DNA of 63,992 bases, the filler included, from Olpidium bornovanus S191 (taxonomy: Eukaryota > Fungi > Olpidiomycota): assembly GCA_017911155.1 (NCBI GenBank). It is 30 parts of 30 records of this genome, joined end to end, with 100 filler letters (N's around TTAATTAATTAA, not from the genome) between each part and the next. Parts side by side here need not be neighbours in the genome. Positions count along the whole stretch, not along the records: positions 23,932 to 28,411 come from JAEFCI010004938.1; positions 28,512 to 30,348 come from JAEFCI010009067.1; positions 30,449 to 32,017 come from JAEFCI010008433.1; positions 32,118 to 34,157 come from JAEFCI010006225.1; positions 34,258 to 35,525 come from JAEFCI010012568.1; positions 35,626 to 37,222 come from JAEFCI010002251.1; 24 more parts are not named here. One strand, written 5' to 3'. Position 1 is the first letter of the stretch; each line of letters opens with the position of its first letter. The translations under genes were made by a program, and so were the position numbers. This document shows positions 23,832-35,906 of the stretch, piece after piece. The notes below the pieces were generated by a model that was given only the letters and a program-made list of their open reading frames with translations, was not told where the DNA came from and ran no database searches.

Positions 23832-25137
23832 NNNNNNNNNNNNNNNNNNNNNNNNNNNNNNNNNNNNNNNNNNNNTTAATTAATTAANNNNNNNNNNNNN
23901 NNNNNNNNNNNNNNNNNNNNNNNNNNNNNNNCGCCCCCCCGCGCTTCTCGACCGCGTCCGCGAGAACCGTTTTCGCTTTTTTTTTTTTCCTGCCCGGATT
24001 TTGCGTTTCTCCCTTCCCCCCTTCCCCCGCGCCCTCACCCGTTGTCGCTGCTCCTGACCCCACGGTTTTCCCCGTCCCGGAGTCAAAGAGGAAGCAGGCA
24101 AAAAAACGTGTTCCCCGCGGCGATTCTTTGATCCGGGCTAGGGCGCTGTTTTGCTTCTGCCGCCCGCCCTGCTGTGTTGACCCCCGTCACAGAACGAACC
24201 CCGCCCCCGCGGCCGCAAGGGGGCGCGCGTTCCCGTTTTGATGAATGCTGCGTCTCCGCTTCGCCGCGAGATCAAAGTATATTACACACGCTCTCTCTGA
24301 CCGACCGCCGCTGTTTGAAGTAGGGGAGGTGCCCGTGCACAAACCGCCCCAAGCTTTGTTGGGTGAAAAATGTGAGAGGGACGGGAGGCGGGAGTGGGAA
24401 GGAAGGCCGGAGAATTGGGGGGGGGGGGGTGAGTGGTGAACCGGGGGTGTAGGGCGGGCGGGGCAAGGACGAGATTATTTAGTGAAAAATGATATATTTT
24501 GAAAAAAAGTCAAAAGACAGCAAAGCGGCCCGTTTGGCAGGAAAAAAAAAAAGACAAAAAGTAAACTGAGGGAGGAGCATAGGGCGCCGGCGCGGGGAAG
24601 AGCATAGGGGAAAAAGAGAAGCGAGGGAGGGCCGGGCGGGAGGGTGGGGGATGTTGGTGTAGAATGACGTTTCGGGAGAATTGATTTCGGTCGCGGCGAA
24701 TTTTCTTTTGGCTGCAAACGAATTTTAAATGACTTGTGGCGCAAAAGAAATAGAAAGAAAACAAAACAAAACCACCTTTCGGGTTTGCGCGCGCAGCCAG
24801 GGGGGTCGGGATAGCCCAGTAATTGGGGCCCCCGCCTTTTGCTCTCACCGCCTTTACATGCCCCTCTTTCCCCCCCCCCCCCCCACCCCCGCACCCCCTC
24901 CTCCTCCCCCGACATGCCCTCATCCTGTCCACCCGGCAAGAAGGGAAGACGGGGGACAGGGTATCGGAGGTGGGCCGGGGCTGCAGAAATCTTCCTCGCT
25001 TTTGCTTTCCTGCAGGTTTGTGGCGGAGGTGGGGGGGAGGGGGGGGGGGGGGGAGAAAGGGGTGGGGATGAAGTTCGGTGGAGTAAAGAAAAAAAGCCGC
25101 GCAAATATTTCTCCGCATTTTCCTTCCTCTTTAGTTT

Positions 25138-28090
25138 TCAAGGGGGAGTCTCCTCCGGTGCCGGACAGCTCGCAGCGCGGAACGCCGCCAAGGCTGCCGC
25201 GGCCGCCGGAGGAGAAATAGGCGACGGCGGCGGCTGCGCCTGGCGGGGGGCGACGCGCTGCTGAGGCTTGGAATGCGTGCCGGCGGGCGCCGCGCAGGCG
25301 GGGCCGGCGGAGCTGCCGGCGGCGGCGATGGCGGCATCTTCCGTCGGCGGTTGGTCTCCGCGGGGCGAATGCGGAGGCGCGTGTGCGGTTGCCGCCCCGT
25401 CTCGCATCTCTTCGCAGGACGACGAAGCGCCCGCAGGGGCGGCGACGGCGACTTCTGTGGGCGCCCACGCGGCGGCGGGGGCGTGGCCGGAAACGTACGT
25501 CGCGTACTCCGGGAAGCTCGCTCCGTGGTAGGGCGAAAGCGCGAAGTGGACCGCCGGATCGTAAGGATTCTGCTGGAAGGTCTGAAACGGGTAGCTGTAA
25601 TAGACCTGGCCTTCGTAATGCCAGCCCTGGTCGGCGGCGGGCGCGTAGTACGGGGCGAACCGAACCTGTTTTGGGGGGAAGGAAGGGGGGGGGGGGGGGC
25701 AAGCGAAGCGCGCGGGGCGAGAGAGATTACATTCGCGCCTGGCGTCCACCTCTCTCCAGATCGACCGTCGACGCCGTTTTCCGGAGAGTGAGGGAGAGAG
25801 GCTAAGCGAAAAAGCCGCGCTTACCCCGGTTTCGTTCCTGGGAGCGTAGAACGCGGCGGCCGGCAAGGACCATCCGCGCTGGTGGTGGTGGTGATGAACC
25901 CCGGCGGCGGGCTGCAGGGCGGAGGCCACGTGCGGGACGCTCCCATTGAGCAGCGAAAATCCGCCGGCGACGTAGTGCGTGGGCGGCGGTGGCCCCGGCG
26001 GCGCAACCTGCGGCGGCACCGGTGGCGGACCCGGCGTAGGTACCGGAGCGGCGCCGACGAAATAGTCAAGCGCCTGGGCGGCCGGGAAGCCGTTCCGCGC
26101 CGCCCGCGGGTACCGGGTGGGCCCGCCGCAGCGCTGCTGCACCCTGATTGGCCGGTCAAACCACTTTTGGCCGTTCTCGCGGGCGATGGCCCTCTGGGCG
26201 GCGGCCTCGTCGGAAAATCGGATGAACGCGAAAGCCGCCCGGTCTGCGCCGACGGTATGTTGGAGATGGGGGGCGGTCAGAATGGCGTAACGGAAAAGAA
26301 AGTCAAAGGGGGGGGGGGGAGGGGGGGTGGGGGGGGAAGGGGGGGGGGGGGGGGGGAAGGGAGGTTGAGGGGGAACATCGGCGGGCGTGCAGGGATGGCG
26401 GATGGGAGGCGCAGGATAAAAACCGCAAAAGCGGAACAAAAACACCTACTAGGTCCGGCGCCGCGGCTGTAGAACTGCCAGGCAATTTATGTGAGAAAAA
26501 GGGCGACCGGTTCCGGTAAACGCCCTCCCTCCCTCTCGCCGCATCAGGAGCCCCATTTTTTTCTCATTTCGCGTGCGTCGGGTCGTGAAAAACCAGGGGA
26601 AGGAAGGAGGTGGGGCGGGTTTGTAGGGCTTACGTCGCAGTTGGAGATGATGCCGTACGCGCGGAAGCGGTCTTCCAGCACACGCTGGTTGACACGCTGC
26701 GGGTTGAGCTGTCCCACGAATATGGCGCACCTGTCGCCGTCTCCGGGCGCCGTGACGGCGGCGGCGGCGGCAGCGCTGGCGGAGTGAGGCGCGGCCGCGC
26801 CAGTGCGGGCCGGCCGCGCCTGGCCTGAATCGCCGTCGTGCTCCAGGTTCGCCGACCACTCGACGTGCCAGCGCTTCAGCTGGCGCAGTCCCTTAAGGAT
26901 TGAAGATAGAAACAAGTAATCCCTCTTTTGAGTCAACCCCCACGAAAAAGAAGCGGCTCCGGCGGGAGGAAAACTCGTTTCTTTTTGTTTTTTTTTTTCC
27001 TGTACACATCCGCAAACGCGACGCGCGGTTTACCAGGTACGCCTTCACGGCGTCGTCCCGGTAACGGAACTTGACGTATGCGGCGGCTCCTTTCGAATGC
27101 GTGAGCTCGCCGTCCTGAGCATCGCCCGCCTCCGGAAAGTGCATGCTCTCGACGAATCCGTACGTCGCTTCCATGATGTCGCGGATTTCCTTTTGGTTTT
27201 TGATTCAAAATCCGAAGAGAAGGAAAGAAGCGCCGGGTTCAGAGCAAATAAAACCCGATGCGGGGGAAAGCGGGCACAGACAATAACCTTTGAAACATTT
27301 CTCTTGTGTCACCGGCACGCGCACGCGTCATTGTTTTCTTTGTCCGCAGATGTTGTTTTGTTTTTCTTTTGTTTACCTCTTCAGTGAGAAGGTCCCCGTT
27401 CGACCGCGTCGTGACATAAAGCGTTCTATTCACCCTTGCCGGCTCGACTCGGATTCTTCGACCGTCGACGACGGCGTCGTGCGCGAGCTGCCTGGCGCGT
27501 TTAGCATCTTCGACTTTCTGAGAAACGACAACGAGCGGAGAGGAAAAGGCGACCTGCCGATCAACAATCGAAGTCCACGCTTCCGTTCACCCCACCCCCG
27601 AATGCGCGCACATCCACGTGACCCGGGGCCCGAACAACATCTCCACACCCCCTCCCCACCCCACCCCCTTCTCCCGGCAGGTCGTTCACCTCAAACTGGA
27701 CAAAGCTGTACGGCCGCCCCTGCGGATCTTTCAGAACTTTCACGTGGATCAGTCTGCCGTACTGCTGGAAGTGGCGCATGACCGAAATGGTCAACTCCGT
27801 ATCCGATTTGGTCTTCTCAAGGCTGCGCGACAACAAAACAAAAAAAAAGTTGGTGTCGTTTTACGGAGTGCGCCCAGGAATGCGTTTGACGCCATCTCCA
27901 AACCAAGGGGATGGTGGGGCGGAATGCGGGGGGATCCCCCCCTTCCCCCCCCCCTCACGCCCGCCCTTGTCATGCTTACCTCGCGACAAAAAGGCAGCCC
28001 TCCGGCTCGCCGCGGGACACCAGCGGGTCCGTTGGCCTCGGCGACAATTTGGCCGGCTCGGACAGGTCGTTCTCGAGACGGCGGCGGGAG
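25138..28090 (-). CDS. RIM4: Rim4-like three-RRM RNA-binding protein with a low-complexity C-terminus, 5' end unresolved
   Basis: RGEPEGCLFVAS|LEKTKSDTEL...HFQQYGRLIHVKVLKDPQGRPYSFVQFE|...DGRRIRVEPARVNRTLYV...KFRYRDDAVKAYL|GLRQLKRWHVEWSANL...AIFVGQLN...FAFIRFSDEAAAQRAIARENG. Collinear with yeast Rim4 (RGRPSACIFVASL, RRLRCEPAKVNRTLY, YRDDAIRAY, WIIEWAQNI, SIFVGQL). Confidence 0.85.
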
Positions 28091-28511
28091 TCATTGCCGT
28101 CGGGGCCGGCCGGAGACATGCGGCAGGCGAGATCGCCGGCGGCCGTGGGGGGGGTGCGGGGGAGGGGACACGACGCGCAGACGCCGAGGGGGCGCGCGGT
28201 GGCCCAGCGCCCGAGATGCGACCCAGAGGGCTTGGTCAGGGGGATGGGTTGAAGGGGCGGGCGGGAGGTGGGGGTGGCTTGGAAAGGGGCGGGGCGCGCG
28301 GGGGTCTGGATCGTCAGTGCTCTGGGGGAGTGCGAGAGAGCAAGGCACGGGAAAAAAAGAGGTCGACTCTACGGCACCATATCGAAAAAAAAGGAAAAGA
28401 AAAGAAGAAAANNNNNNNNNNNNNNNNNNNNNNNNNNNNNNNNNNNNNNNNNNNNTTAATTAATTAANNNNNNNNNNNNNNNNNNNNNNNNNNNNNNNNN
28501 NNNNNNNNNNN

Positions 28512-29686
28512 CCATGAATTTCACTTTTTAGTCGTTGATTCCTCCGCCCACAAGGTTGGCAGACACGGCCGTGGACTTGAACTTGAAGCTGATGCGGTGG
28601 CGGCTAGCCCCATCCTTGCAGCTCGAAAAGGTTTCGGCTACGAAATGCCTGCTGCTCGGAGCGGGAACGCTCGGGTGCTATGTCGCCCGGTGCCTGTTGG
28701 TGCGCGTTCCCGACGGATCCCGCGGTTTCGTTTCGTGAAAAACCCTGAGGGCCTCTGATTGAGACCCGGGGCGGATGGCGCCAATGCAGGGATGGGGAAT
28801 CCGGCGCATCACGTTCGTGGACTCGGCTCGCGTGTCGTTTTCCAATCCCGTGAGGCAACCCCTCTTCGCCTTTGAGGACTGTCTCGAGGGCGGCAAACCC
28901 AAAGCACAGTGCGCGGCGGATAATTTAAAGAAGATATTCCCAGGCGTGGTAAGTGCCATATCGCACCCCGGTCGCCTTTATTATTTTCCCAAGACGGGCT
29001 GCGTCTCTGTTCAAGTTACGGTCTCGCTCGCGGTGCACGGGGTTGGTAGGCGACGATCCACTGAATTCACACAGACGCGTTGCGAAAATTTCAGGTCTCG
29101 GAGGGACACATGATATTGATACCGATGCCGGGCCACGCAGTTCCCCCGGCGATGGCGGCCGAAGTTCGGCAGGCCGTGCGGAACTTGGAGAATCTGTTCC
29201 TCGAGCACGACGTGGTGTTCTTGCTGATGGACAGTCGTGAGAGTCGGTGGCTGCCCACCGTCATCGGTGCCAGCCAAGGAAAGGTAAGCCATAAAAGAAA
29301 AGGAAATATAAGCTGCTCGCGGTTTTGCAATCTTCGTTTCGAATCCGCTGTTTGCTTTGTGCGAGGTGGTACCAGTTGTTCCGTCGCGCGGTGCTGCGCG
29401 GGAAGGCCCGAGACAAGCGCGCCGGTGTGCCGTTTCCGAAAGTTTCTGACGATCCTGGGCCTCCGCAGATCGTCATAAACGCGGCGTTGGGTTTCGACAC
29501 CTACCTCGTCATGCGGCACGGCGCACGTCAGCGGCCCGCCCGTGCGGCCGAGGTGCCAACAGCAGCGTCGGGCGCACCGCCGGCCGACCTCGGATGCTAC
29601 TTCTGCAACGACATCGTCGCTCCTACGGACGTGGGTTCCCTATTCTGACCGCAATGTGTCGGGAGACCACTGCTCCTCGGGACCCC

Positions 29687-29731
<45 letters not shown>

Positions 29732-30175
29732 TCCCTGCTGTTGTCCGTTCTGATGGGCTGCGTGCCTTCTCGATCCGCCTTTTTGTGACGGAAAAGCTCA
29801 GTCGCTCAGCGACAGGACCCTCGACCAGCAGTGCACCGTAACGCGGCCCGGCCTTTCCGCCATCGCGGGCGCGTGCAGCGTGGAGCTCATGATCACACTT
29901 CTGCACCACGACCTTGGGTACGCCGCTCGCTCAAAAACCACGCCGGGAACTCGCCGTACGCCGCGAACGTTCTGTGCGGGCGGGCGCATTTACTGATCAA
30001 AGAGGCCTCTCCGTTCAGGCTGCATGCCCCGGCGGACATGGCTTCGGTGGACTCGGCGTCCTCCACGCCTTTAGGCCTGGTTCCACACCAGATCAGGGGT
30101 TTCCTTTCCCAGTTCAGCAACCTCTTGATGGTCGGCAAATCCTACGACAGGTGCCCGGCGTGCTCCGACAAGGTG
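28512..30175 (+). CDS. ATG7: Autophagy E1-like enzyme, partial at both ends, multi-exon
   Basis: [34 protein letters not shown]...[81 protein letters not shown]. Confidence 0.97.
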
Positions 30176-30633
30176 TGAAAATCCGCTGGAAGCGTGGGGT
30201 GGGGGAAGGGGGAAGGGAAAGGGGGCCGGGGGTGGGAAGGCCGGAGCGGTGGTGGGCCACTACCGTCCGACCTGCTTGCAGTCTGTCCCTTTCTCGTCGT
30301 TTTCGACTCCCCGGAAGCTCGCTTTCGCTCGCAGCGGTCTTTTTTCCCNNNNNNNNNNNNNNNNNNNNNNNNNNNNNNNNNNNNNNNNNNNNTTAATTAA
30401 TTAANNNNNNNNNNNNNNNNNNNNNNNNNNNNNNNNNNNNNNNNNNNNCATGGACCGTTGTGGCGGTACGCGCGCTAATCTGCCGACGCCGCGCTGGCCA
30501 GCCAAATGGCAACTCGCAGTTTGCGGCAATAAACCCTGCTGCAGCCGACCACGTGCGCCAGTCACGTGACTTGCGGATGAGCCGCACGGCCCTGCTCCAC
30601 CGCCCGGCGCCGCCGCACCAGGAAAAGTGAGCG

Positions 30634-30664
<31 letters not shown>

Positions 30665-30798
30665 GACGGCTGGAGGGCGACGGAGGATCCCAGAGGGACC
30701 TTCCGCCCCGAGGCGTGTCCACCACGCGACCGCTTGCTGTACGACTCGGCGCCCGCACGTAAGCTGCGCACCGCCCTGGAATCCACGCCTCGAGCGCG

Positions 30799-32017
30799 AT
30801 GGCGGCGCTGCCGCTCTCCAAGGTGCGCGCGCATTCGGAAATCGCGCGGTGCTCGGCGGGGTGCCGGCCCACGGGTTGCGAGCTGACTCGAGGCTAACCC
30901 CCCCCCCCACCCACCTTCCTGCGCCTCGTGCACCAGGAGACGACCGTCCTGCTCGTCAAGAAGCTGCCCGACTTGGACCCTGCCGCGATGACCGATCTCT
31001 TTCGCCGCTTCGGGGCCAGCGACGTCAGGCCCATGTCTTCTAAGGGTCGTATGGTCTGTATCCTTTTTGGTCCGAGGGGGGCGGGGGAGCTCTCCCCATC
31101 GGCGCCCTCTGGGGTTCGCTATTCCAGCGTGACGTTTACCAAGACCTCCGGAAAACGCGGTTAACGAGTTTCAGGCAGGCACTATCGATGGCGCCCTTAA
31201 GTTGGATTTGACTCCCTTTCCCTTTCCGCACTGCCCGGTTTTGCGCCGTCGCCCGGCCGCTTCGCGCGCCCTGTCCAACGGTTTCCAAAACAAAAATATC
31301 TTCTCGTTCCAAAAAAAAACAAAACAAATACAAAAAGAGAAACAGCGCGTTCGTCAGCTTCCCGGACCGAGAAGCGGCCTCGTACGCGCTTTCCCGGCTG
31401 CTAGCGCTTGACTTCCGCGGCCGCAAGCTGCGAGTGGAGTTCGCCCGTCCGAACAACCACGCTCTCCGCGCCGCAAACACAACATCTTCCGCTGCGAAGA
31501 AGTGGGTGTTGCCTGGGACCATTCCGCCGAGTTTGATTCGGCTTCGAGAACTACAGCCTTGCTTATGTACATTTCGATGTACATGTCGACCTCAGTGCAA
31601 ACCCGCCGCCGCCACCGCAGCAGCAGCAGCAGCAGCGTCGCCACATACCAGCACGACAACCGTCGTTTCAAGTCGGGGACAAGCAGGCCGGTCACTCGAA
31701 TCCTAAGCAGACCACCACCACCACTTATCCTGCACAAGCAGCGGCCGGCGCGTCGCACCAACGCGCCAACCCTGTCCCTATCGCGCCGCGAGTAGGGTGG
31801 GTCCCGGCGTTTGTGCGCGGTATCTTGTTCTATGATCAGCCAGGCAATGCGGAGACCTGAGAGAAAGATCGACGTTCCCCGTTTTTTAGGATCGACTATC
31901 CGCCGCCACCTACCCTTTACTATGACTACCCGGCGCCTACGACTTCGATCCTGACAAACATCGGCCACGCGATAGCGGCTGTGCCGAAGCTGTATGTTCA
32001 GGTTTTACATCTCATGA
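30799..32017 (+). CDS. RNPC3: U11/U12 di-snRNP 65 kDa protein (minor spliceosome), 3'-partial
   Basis: Exons 30799-30822, 30937-31053, 31338-31501, 31596-31796, 31890 onward: VLLVKKLPDLD...DLFRRFGASDVRPMSSKGRM|RNSAFVSFPDREAASYALSRLLALDFRGRKLRVEFARP ... PIAPRVG|IDYP...YDYPAPTTSILTNIGHAIAAVPKLYVQVLHLM. Compare human RNPC3 KGRL|KHTAFATF and YPPPSSTILANIVNALASVPKFYVQVLHLM. Confidence 0.92.
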
Positions 32018-32118
32018 NNNNNNNNNNNNNNNNNNNNNNNNNNNNNNNNNNNNNNNNNNNNTTAATTAATTAANNNNNNNNNNNNNNNNNNNNNNNNNNN
32101 NNNNNNNNNNNNNNNNNC

Positions 32119-32394
32119 ATGACGCACCCGCTCCCTGCGAAACCCAACGGTCCCTCCGGGTCGGGTTCTGCTGCCGCCGCCGCCGCCGCCGCCGCCGCTT
32201 CCGTCTCCGGAACATCTGACGCGCGGAGGAGCGACCGCGACCGTGTCCGTGATCGTGACAGGGAACGGAGCCGCCGCGAGGAGACGCGGCGCGACGACCG
32301 CGACAAAGACAGGGAACGGGACAAGGACAAGGAGAGAAGGAGAGAGCGGCGCCACGGCAGGGAACGCAGCCGGGACAGGAGGGAAGGGAGAGGT
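32119..32394 (+). CDS. RD/RE-rich low-complexity exon, probably the N-terminus of an RNA-processing factor
   Basis: RSDRDRVRDRDRERSRREETRRDDRDKDRERDKDKERRRERR, followed by a GTAACG donor. No folded domain seen. Confidence 0.45.
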
Positions 32395-34072
32395 AACGGC
32401 CGGGCACGACTGGCATCTACGCCCGTCCGGGCGCCGCCGCCCGATGTACACGCTTCTCACCGAGTGCGTTCGAACGATGTAGATTCTTCAACGAGAAAAG
32501 ACAGCAGTCGGTCTGGAAAGCGGAGAGAAAGTGAGGGCTCGGTTTGAAAATTGGTTTGGCAACTGTGTCGAAGTCTGCTGGCATATCGTCCGTTAACAAA
32601 ATGCATCCCTTCCTCTCTCCCCCCACCGCGCCCTCCAGGCGGCCGTGATTCTCCAAACGACGCGAAACGTCCGAGACTGGACAGGTAGCGAACGCAGGCA
32701 ACCTGCGTTGCCGGGTGTTTTCACATTGAAGATTTGTCGAGCCATATCGCGCCCGTTTCCCTCCTCGCTCGCGGATGCCTCCGCGGCACTGTGACCATAA
32801 AAGACCCGAATGTCGCCAGCTAGCTTGGCCGTACGCCGCCCCCCCCCTTAACTTGAGATTTGAGACGTGGGCGGGGCCGCGGGAACTATCCGGCATTGTT
32901 GCGGGACGGTGCCGCTGCGGACTCCGTTTCACGTGTTTTGGATAATGAGGTTGCTGTCGCGAGCCTTTTTTTTTTTTTTTTTTTTACCTCCGCTCTAAAC
33001 GAGAGAGCCACTTGTTTGACATGGTAAGGGCTGTCATCACAAAGTCTGTTTTCGGGGGGCACAAAGAGAGAGAGGCACCCGGACCTTTGCATGCCTTCGT
33101 CCATTACGACAAAATCACGGCAGAGATGACCTATCGCAACAGCTCGAATTAGGAGGGTTCCAGAACCCAGAAGCGAGCGCAGCTGCCATATTCAAGTCGC
33201 AGCCCAGTCGACTGAAGTGGCACGGAGACGAACTGCATCACGCGGATGGGAAAACATGCTTCCACAGGAGCACACGGAGCGGGCGGGGGAACGTCTCTGC
33301 TCTCAGCAAACCAAAATGGCTGGTAATTGGGCTCCAGAAATGCGGGGGCCTCTTCCGTGGCTCTGGTCTGGAAAAGGGTGTGGGGGCCCCAGCTGGCGGG
33401 GCGGGGGGGCAGAGCGAGGAAAATAGGGGCCGGGGATGGCGGAGATCTCGTAACAAAAGCTCAAAAACAGGCGCGCGGTCCTGGCCAATTCGCTTGCCTG
33501 CGAATTCCGCCGTCCGCGCAAGCTGCTGTTGCAGATAAATGTGAAACGTAGGCTCGCTTGTCCTCTGGCGGTTCTTTACGGAAAGCTTGCTCGGTACCGG
33601 GAGGGAAGAAAAAAGGATGACGTACGTCACGTGGACGTGTGGTAGGAAGAAAGTTTTAGGATTGAAAATACTTGGAAGCAAAGTCGTGTGATGAAATAAA
33701 AAAAATAAGAGGCCGGGTGAAATGGGAAGAAAAAGCTCGCGCAAAAAAAAAGGTGCGTCTGCGTTTGCGAATCACGATTTCCGACCGGCGGCTTGCTTCC
33801 CCAGACGTCGTGAGTTGAGAAAGATAGAACCCCGGGGAGAGATTGGAGGGAAAAATGGGGTACTTTGGGGGTGGTGAATCTTTGGCGGTTTTTTTTTTCT
33901 TTTCGCAGAGCAGGCCGGACAAGAGAGCTCTCTTCCCGACGGCCAGTTCTCAGCGCCCCAGGGACCGGCCGGTTTCCCCCCCTCGCATATTTCCCCCCCT
34001 TCCCCCCCTTCCCCCACCCCCATCCCGCGCACGCGGGGCAGAGCCGGGCCGGGCGGGGGGAAGTGGGGGGAA

Positions 34073-34142
<70 letters not shown>

Positions 34143-34583
34143 AGGGGGGGGGGGGGANNNNNNNNNNNNNNNNNNNNNNNNNNNNNNNNNNNNNNNNNNN
34201 NTTAATTAATTAANNNNNNNNNNNNNNNNNNNNNNNNNNNNNNNNNNNNNNNNNNNNCCCCCCTTCCCCGCCCTCCCGCGCACCCCCTCACACGGGTTCC
34301 GCCGCTTTTTTGGCCGGGGGAGAGAGAAAGCGCGCCTGCGGGCTTCGGTTGGCTTTAAAGGTACCGCTACTTGCCTGCGTGACCGGAGCGACGCGACCCT
34401 CGCAGACAGCAGCCGGCGAAAGTCGCGTCGCCTGGTAGCCGTTCCCCTTTCTTCCCCTCCCCCCACCTTTCCCACTTTCTCCGACCCAGGGGCCTCAACA
34501 CCGGTGAAAACGGGACATTGGTGGTCAAAAATACCGCTTTTCTGTTCTACCTCGCGCTCAAAGGTTTTTTTGCCATCCGGCAG

Positions 34584-34640
34584 GAAGCGGAGTTTGAGGT
34601 GGAATGCATCATGGACGCGCGCCTGCCGGACGGAAAATGG
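34584..34640 (+). CDS. Possible chromodomain N-terminal exon fragment
   Basis: cag|EAEFEVECIMDARLPDGKW|gtaggg fits the chromodomain opening E-[YF]-E-V-E-x-I-x-D-x-R. The rest of the domain is not cleanly recoverable. Confidence 0.3.
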
Positions 34641-35870
34641 GTAGGGTGGATGCCCATCTTGTTCTTTTGCAGGGCCCCCACCTTCCCCTCATCCCGCCCG
34701 CGACGTTTTTTTGTTTTTGTGTGCTAAAAAGCCGGCATACTTGTGAGGCGGGCCGGAACTCTCGGACGAGAAGCGGCAGCCTTTGAGGGCACCCTGGCTG
34801 ACAGCACGCTCTCTTCGTCGAGTTCCGCCAGCGCACGAGCTCGTTTTCCGTGACGAGGGAGAGGGTCAAGTGGCCGACGTCCCCGGCGCCGCGCGCCGTG
34901 GTAGAGCGGTGCGTCAGGACCGTCGAAAACGCCGTGAGGCGGGCGGGTCGCCAGCGTTTCGAACCGCGGTCGCATCGTGGCGCGGGACCGCCGCCGCCGC
35001 CGCCTGGCGTTGAAGTTATTTGTGTCGACTCGGAATCCGATCCGGAAACCGTTCCGTCGAAAGTAGGCACTGAGCGGCAGCCACCGACTGCACCGAATTG
35101 TGGGAAGCCGCAAGGTTCGTTTGATTTTTGCGGGCCGTCTTTCGAATAACAACGTGGTTGAGCGGCTCGTTTCGCAGCGCCGTTCGCATTCGTAGCCCTC
35201 ATCTGCCCTTTCGTTTTTTTGTTTTTTTTTTTTTTTTGTTAAAGTGAACTCCGCGTCCGGCCGAGACCTCATTTTTGCTAAAGGACAGTTGTCTGATGTG
35301 TGCCACCGCACCCTTGCACCGAACGGTGCAAACGGGCGCGAAACTGTACGACCCATGAAGCGACCAAGAGTGGGTGATTAGCGCAAGGCGGGGCGCTCTG
35401 GCTGCATGCATACCAGCTGACTCCTTGGGTGTTTTTTTTTTTGGCTGCGGGGCAGAGGAAGGCTGCCCCGCAACGATTTGACTTTTCGGATCCAGCTCTC
35501 ACGGACGAAGAGGAAGAAGAGGCGCNNNNNNNNNNNNNNNNNNNNNNNNNNNNNNNNNNNNNNNNNNNNTTAATTAATTAANNNNNNNNNNNNNNNNNNN
35601 NNNNNNNNNNNNNNNNNNNNNNNNNCGAAGAGAAGGCCCGCTCCCTTGTTCTCTACGTTTGGCCTCCGCTTCGTGCGTCCGCCGTAGTTTGCAAGTTCTC
35701 GGCGGGAGCGATGTACCACCTGGGCAGGGAATTAGTTTAAGTGGTAAAGCGTGGAAAACTAGCTCAAGTGGTAAAGCGCTCGCTTAGAATGACCGAACCG
35801 AATTCTCCACTGCAACACAAGTGCGTTTTGTTTTTGCCCCGCCTCCCTTTTCCCCAGTCTTCCACCTCCC

Positions 35871-35906
<36 letters not shown>

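Noticed and set aside
26885-27033. TCCTTAAG at a RIM4 acceptor as a U12 branch site
   Set aside because: The intron donor is GTAAAC (U2-type), and the motif overlaps the AG itself instead of lying 10-20 nt upstream.
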